DNA of 64,000 nucleotides from Amoebidium appalachense (Eukaryota; Protista; Ichthyosporea): assembly GCA_963693365.1 (NCBI GenBank), contig CAVNZM010000001.1:4790907-4854906 (forward strand). The letters run 5' to 3'. Made by a program: the position numbers and the translations under genes. Within the stretch, counting starts at the first letter, position 1. Each line of letters begins with the position of its first letter. Positions 38,567-64,000 of this stretch are shown here, piece after piece. The notes under the pieces are model-generated. The model did no database searches, was not told the DNA's origin, and saw only the letters and a program-made list of their open reading frames with translations.

Positions 38567-39067
38567 GCATCTGCGTATATACGTGAGAACGAGTGAGTGG
38601 CTCGGTGGGTTGGTGGGTTTGTGGGCGAGTGGCGAGTAGATGGATGGTATGTGCATCTGTGTGCGTGTGTGACAGTGCCTGTATGTGTGTGTGTGTCTGT
38701 GCGTCTGTATACCTGTGTGTGTGTGTCTGTGTGCTGATGTTGTGTGTGTGGTGTGCATGCATTGTGTTAATGTTGTGTGTTTGGTGTTTGTTTGTTTTTG
38801 TTTTTTTTTTGTTTTTTGTTTTTTTTATTTGTGTGTGTGTGTGCGCGCGTATGTGCTAAGGGCGAAAGTTGGTGATGATTGGACGTACCCAAACGTGAGT
38901 GTATGTATGTGTGCTTGTTACCGTATCCTTTTGCTGCATTGTTATGTCTGCCTGTATGTGTGTGGCAGCCAGAATATGATCATATGGACGTATGTAGTTG
39001 TGTCACTTGATTCTTAGCGGATATGAGACGAGGTGTGAGAAGGAGGAGTGGAGGGTGTGTGGGTCTG

Positions 39068-39142
<75 letters not shown>

Positions 39143-39161
39143 TGTTGGGGAGGGGTGGGGA

Positions 39162-39200
<39 letters not shown>

Positions 39201-39390
39201 GGGGGGGAAGGACGTATGGGCGAGTGCACGGGACCGTGTGTTCTGCATGTATGTCTCTTGGGCATCTGTGTGAGGTCTCATGTGACGACAAGCAGACAAT
39301 ATTTCGTGCCATATTCTTGACTCGTGCCTACTGCAGCATTCCTTCCCCCCCCCCCCCCCCCCCCCCCCCCCACCCACCCACCCACCCACC

Positions 39391-39450
<60 letters not shown>

Positions 39451-39973
39451 CACACACACACACCTCCTTTCCTCCGTCGTTTTAACACTATCTGCCTCAG
39501 CCTGCCACACTCTTCCAGCTGCTGCCCCCCCCCCCCCCCCAAAAAAAAAAAAAAAAAAAAAAAAGAAAAAGAAAAAAAGAAAAGAAAAAGAAAAACAGAA
39601 AACAAGCAAGACCCCCCCCCCCCCCCCCCCCCCCCCCCCCACAAAAACACACTCACCCACTCCACATGCCTCTTTCTTCCCGCTTCCTTCTCCTTGTATG
39701 CTGATAACTGCATTCTGGCATGTACTGTTTATAAAATTTATTAAATCCGACGAGCTTTGCGCGCAGCATCCACCTCACCCCTTCACCTCCTTCGAGCACA
39801 CACACACACACACAGACACACACACACACAGACACACACACGCAAACACACAAACACACACACACAGAGAGAGAGACACACACACACACACACATGCACA
39901 TATGCACATACATGGACACAGCAACCTTTTTCACAGCCGTTATCCCGGCCAATATTTTGGCCTCCCCCCCCCC

Positions 39974-40014
<41 letters not shown>

Positions 40015-40331
40015 AAAAAAAAAAAAAAAAAGAAAAGACTTGCTGGAGGGTGCTGACACACCGACCACCCGCAGGCCCTCAACGATCTAGCCCTTCTTGC
40101 CGTTCTTAAACCCGAGCACAAACCCACATACGAGGCCAAGCTGGCGCAGTATGTGTCGGCCACAAAGGGCCTGCAGCACAGTGTGTGTGTGGGGGGTGGC
40201 TACTACCACTACGGCAAGATGAAGAAGTGTGGCGGCTGCATGAGTGTGCGTTACTGCACCCGTGTGTGTCAGGTCTGTGCACGTGCATATCTCGCATGCT
40301 GTTGCCCTAGCTTCTAACCGACCCCCTTCAC

Positions 40332-40365
<34 letters not shown>

Positions 40366-41056
40366 ACACTAGAATTGAACATGAAACGAAGGATTTAAGT
40401 AGTAGAAAGGCAGAAAGGAGAAGCTTAATTGCTTCAAATGTCTTGCTAAACAGAGCACTGTGCACAGAAGGCACACACTACCACTTAGTGTCCCCTGTAC
40501 CAAAGACACTAGCATACTCCCCCCCCCCCCCCCCCCTCAAACCCCCCCCTCCCTCCCCTCCCCCCTTGTATGGAGATTGTGGTGGTGGGTGTATGGGGAC
40601 GGCGGTGAGAGAGGGGGTGGGGGTGGGGGTGGGTGGGGAAAGGGGGGGAGGGGGGGGGGGGGGGGGGGGGGGGGGTAATGTGGTCGTGTCTCTGATGTTG
40701 CAAAGTCTTCTTCGGAATGAAGGAGACGGAACAAAGAAAATGGGAGGACCTGGTGAAAGGCTTGTGTGTTACCCGTTCTTGAGAGAGAGTGTGTGGGGTT
40801 GGTGTGCCTGTTAGCATGGTGGTGGCATGTGTGTCCGGGCGTGAAAGTCTTGGAACACAGAAGTGACGAAATGTAATGGGAAAAGATTAGAGTAATGTTT
40901 TTCTGGCCACTGTTAGAGAGAGCAAGGATTGTTTTTCAGGCGTCACGTACTGACTGTGTGCATAACCCACAGACCGAGTCCTTTCCGGCGCACAAGAAGG
41001 TATGCAAGAAGAAACAAGAGGCAACCACCACGGCCAGTGGCACCGATAAACCGTAA
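31621..41056 (+). CDS. Helical-repeat (ARM/HEAT-like) + TPR-like + C-terminal MYND zinc-finger protein; 8 exons with multiple lesions (errors or pseudogene)
   Basis: Exons: 31621-32005, 33150-34006, 34776-35009, 36218-36307, 37426-37595, 38216-38435, 40075-40272, 40973-41056. MYND reads CVGGG...[19 protein letters not shown]|[14 protein letters not shown]-like stretch: [13 protein letters not shown]...[18 protein letters not shown]...[21 protein letters not shown]. Frameshifts at about 31740, 33280, 33553 and 33918; in-frame TAG at 34965-34967. The ARM/HEAT call is inferred from helical patterning only. Confidence 0.75.
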
Positions 41057-41609
41057 ACATACAATGGTTGGGCCTGGCAGATTAGTTATTTGTTCTAGAT
41101 CACACAATTATGTAAATTACACTGCTACAATCTCAGACTGGCGGCAGTGCACAAGGCAGAAGAATGTTGCAGTTTGTATGGTGTACTTCTGACAAAGAAT
41201 TTGTAGATTTTTTTTTTTTGAATAGCAGAGTTTGGACCCCTTATTGTAAGTGATATGCTGTTACTTTTGTATTATTAGTAGGATAAGTAAGTAAAAGACG
41301 GTCATTCTTGCCATAAATTGGAGAAGGTAACGACTGGTGACAAAAAAATAAAAAATTGTGATCTATCGGTGATACTCTGCGTTTGTAGTAATGATAAAAA
41401 TCAAAAACAACACGTACACTGTGGGGTGGCAGCCCTCCCAAATAATATCATCAAACCTTCTTGTTCTATGGCATAGTTGTACACCGTCTAAAAGTGTGTA
41501 CGAACGCATGCTCTCTGTCCTCAACTCTCCTGACCGGTCGATGCAGAATTTCATGCATGCTGTGCCGGCGGAGCCCCAACATGTGCTCGTCGACCTCCTC
41601 GGAGTCTCC

Positions 41610-41644
<35 letters not shown>

Positions 41645-42049
41645 CCCCAAACCCACCCACCCACCCACCCATCCCACCCCACCCTACCCCCTCCTTCCCC
41701 GGCTTGCCACCACTGTACAACCACAACCACCAACGTTAACAACAAAAGAAACAAAGTCGCATGTACTGTGAACACACACAGACACACACAATACATACAT
41801 ACTATGACAGTGGCATACATACGCACACACACATACATACACACACGCGCACACACACACACACACACACACATAGCACACGCTTTATGCATTCAATAAG
41901 CCAGCGTCTGAGCACGTGCGAGCCCTGTGCACGTGGACGGTGTTGACGCCGGCCGCAAATTTTGCATGTGCGTCCACAGCACATGCCATAGGCTACAGCA
42001 CCGCCAGCTCAACACGTTGCAGATCCCACGTGCCCCTGATTACGTATCC

Positions 42050-42148
42050 GATTGGCTTGTAGCGCATCGATCTAGATCATTTAGTCGCGGTGCGCGTACC
42101 AGCAAATCGCTTTTTTGCATTTTTGTGCATTCTAGAGCTGATATAAAA
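42050..42148 (+). promoter_or_regulatory. Putative promoter of the nucleoredoxin-like gene
   Basis: GATTGG at 42050, TATAAAA at 42142-42148, ATG at 42233. Confidence 0.45.
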
Positions 42149-42232
42149 GAGCAGTCCGACACACACAAAACACAAAACTTGAATAGTAAACAACCGTTAG
42201 TAAAACAAGGATCTTGATTTTTAAAGTTAAAG

Positions 42233-45768
<3,536 letters not shown>

Positions 45769-45970
45769 GCAAGACACAGCATAGTGCCCTGAGGTACATA
45801 TTTAAAATACATTCCAGGTATTGATAGATGGGGCTGCTATTAGCAGCCGCGTAACTACTATTATAAAGTCGAAGCTTAAGTAGTCGGAGGAGGGAGGGGG
45901 GGGGGGGGGGGGGGGGGGCACTCTTATTTCTTTATGTATTTATTTATTTATTTATTTATTTATTTTTCGG

Positions 45971-46029
<59 letters not shown>

Positions 46030-46808
46030 CATAAGTGCCATGTTTGGATCTAGGAGACTTGAACTTTTGATATTAAATAGACATTTTGCTGTGTACCATA
46101 TATGACGAACAAACGAAACATCTGGTGAGCAGGTGGTATGTACCATATGTAAAGTGCACGTACAAGCATACATCTGGGGCCGCTGTTAGTAGCTTAGACT
46201 CATCAAGCCACCAATTTTGAATGGCCATTGCTATATACACACATCACCTGTATGTCACGTCTTACTGAATGCATACATGTGTTAGTATTGCCTGATATGG
46301 GTGTGGGGCATCCATTGGTAGCAACGCACCAATCAATTAATACATCCAGCACGTCGATCGTGACTGGCAAACACTACACCCTGCCCCGATCACGATGCAC
46401 GTATGATAGATCACACCGTTGTTAAAAGAGCTTTGCTATCAAGGAAAGACTGCTGAAATCTAAATAATGGCATGCCTTCAGGAAGAAGATTACGCTGGCG
46501 TTTGCCTTTTTTTATTATTAGAAATAACGATTGTGTGCATGCAATGGGTGCGATACCAGTCAGACTCCGCACGCTTCCACTCAATATATCCTCACACTCA
46601 CACGACTACATATAAACATGCCAGTCGATGTGTGCCAGCCAGCCAAGGGTTGTCCCTAGCTGAGCCACCATGTGAAGTGAAGAGCCCAAAATCTAGTCGT
46701 ATTATGTATACGGCGAGAAATTGCGAGGCTGCCGGGCGTCTTGGTCAATTATTTAGTATTGAAGTTAACTTATAAAGGTTCTTCCTCCCAAAGCCGTGGG
46801 GGGCGGGG

Positions 46809-46848
<40 letters not shown>

Positions 46849-46899
46849 GGGGGGTGTCACAGACACAAGCGGGTGTGGGCCTGTGTACACGCACACAGA

Positions 46900-47420
46900 C
46901 ACACACACATGCACACGTGCACACACACACCCGCACACACACGCTCGTACACACACGCACACATACACACACCCGCACACACACCCGCACACACACACAC
47001 GCACACTCACACTCGTACACACTCACACTCGTACACACACACACCCGCACACACACGCTCGTACACACACGCACGCACACACACACCCGCACACACACCC
47101 ACACACCCACACCCGCACACACACACTCGTACACACACACACCCGCACACACACGCTCGTACACACACGCACACACACACACACCCGCACACACACCCGC
47201 ACACACACACACTCGTACACACACACACCCGCACACACACACTCGCACACACACACACGCACACACACACCCGCACACACACCCGCACACACACACCCGC
47301 ACACACACACCCGCACACACACACCCGCACACACACCCACACACACACACCCGCACACACACACCCGCACACACACCCGCACACACACACCCGCACACAC
47401 ACACCCGCACACACACACAC
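46900..47420. repeat. CA-derived minisatellite of (CA)n-CCCG and (CA)n-CTCGTA units
   Basis: Direct inspection; intergenic between two convergent 3' ends. Confidence 0.9.
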
Positions 47421-47856
47421 GTGTACGTGCACGAACACATTCAAACACATACAGAAGCATTTGCAACATGTGCGCCCAGGCCTCTCACACAAGCCTCATC
47501 CACCTGTACTGCCTGGGCCGTTCATGAGCCAATGATTACTCAGTGTTATATTTTTGTACATACTTTTAAACTAAGCATAGTATTACGGAGCTCATGCGCA
47601 ATCAAGTACCTACTACATAGATCACACAATCACTCTGTTCTACTTGGGCTGCCTGCAACCCTTTGGCCAATCACTATGTACAGAAGATAGCCTAATAAAG
47701 GTTTTATGCATCGCACGTCCATTTGAACTCTTCGCATTCGGATAAGGTATATTCATACATATTTCACTGCATATCCACATACAACATATATCTCGTAGTT
47801 ATCTAGCCCTCTACACCTGTTCAAAGCCTCCAATGTCGATGATCCCCCCCCCCCCC

Positions 47857-47888
<32 letters not shown>

Positions 47889-48268
47889 CCCCCTCCGCCT
47901 CCCTTCCCCTACATTAATTCATACGAATTTATGCATTCAGAACCAAAAGAAATAAACAAGGAAGGCTAGAACTGAGCTTGTGTCACGGATGGTCTCTGCA
48001 CCTTCGAAACACGCGTCAGACACAGCGCAATTTGATGGATCGTTTGCAGCAAATACCACACGGGGAGAAATTGTGCCACATTCCTTCATATATTAATTAA
48101 ACACAGGTATGTATTACAAAAAAAACCTGCACGCACTTGCTGAGTTGCACATTCTCTTAACACCCGCCCGCACAACGCAACATCGACATCCCATGAGATT
48201 CGACAGCCAGTCAAAAATGCCACCCCGCCATGCCCACAAATGGTAGGGGAAAACGTGGTGTGATCGGT

Positions 48269-63643
<15,375 letters not shown>

Positions 63644-63664
63644 CTGCGCACACGGCGCGCGCAC

Positions 63665-63716
<52 letters not shown>

Positions 63717-63948
63717 GTGCGTGCGCGCGCACGTGTGTGTGCGTGTATGTGCATAGCTAGTGAGGGTACGGGGGAGGGCCGAGAAGACGTGGTTAGATTA
63801 TAGTCATGGTTCAGTTAAACCACAGCCTCAAGACCACACATAAGGATAGCTGGATGACACTCACAACCAAACAAAAAACAAGAGAAGGCCATTTCTCATG
63901 CAGGGGAAGAGGAGGAAAGAGGGTGGGTGGGCCTGCGGGAGCAGGAGC

Positions 63949-63979
<31 letters not shown>

Positions 63980-64000
63980 GGTGGAACACAGAGCAAACAT

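Overview
Eukaryotic nuclear DNA: intron-rich and saturated with (CA/GT)n, (GA)n and poly-G/poly-C tracts. The gene content (4-WW NEDD4/ITCH-type E3, PDZ proteins) suggests an opisthokont, possibly a unicellular holozoan (inference). Almost all long ORFs in the supplied track are simple-repeat artefacts, so I rebuilt the genes by hand from GT-AG exons with phase checks. In order: (1) an intronless bacterial-type DUF819 membrane protein (-, 2855-4386); (2) two convergent intronless PDZ paralogues (11.6-12.2 kb +, 16.4-17.2 kb -); (3) an internally deleted piggyBac (about 18.4-21.0 kb); (4) an ankyrin-repeat gene with a C-terminal F-box-like motif (-, 31146 to about 23375); (5) head-to-head with it, a helical-repeat/TPR/MYND gene carrying several lesions (+, 31621-41056); (6) a tail-anchored CxxS nucleoredoxin/tryparedoxin-like gene (+, 42233-45768); (7) 18 exons of a NEDD4-family WW-HECT ligase (-, 63643-48269; 5' end outside the window). 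The most unusual signal is splice architecture. About half of the introns end in (CA)n-AG with no polypyrimidine tract, often with a branch-point-like motif 90-235 nt upstream across an AG-free spacer. Several introns have G/GT-rich and C/CA-rich halves that could pair. Four tandem duplications are anchored on splice sites. Many frameshifts sit in homopolymers, so long-read assembly error is a pervasive caveat.
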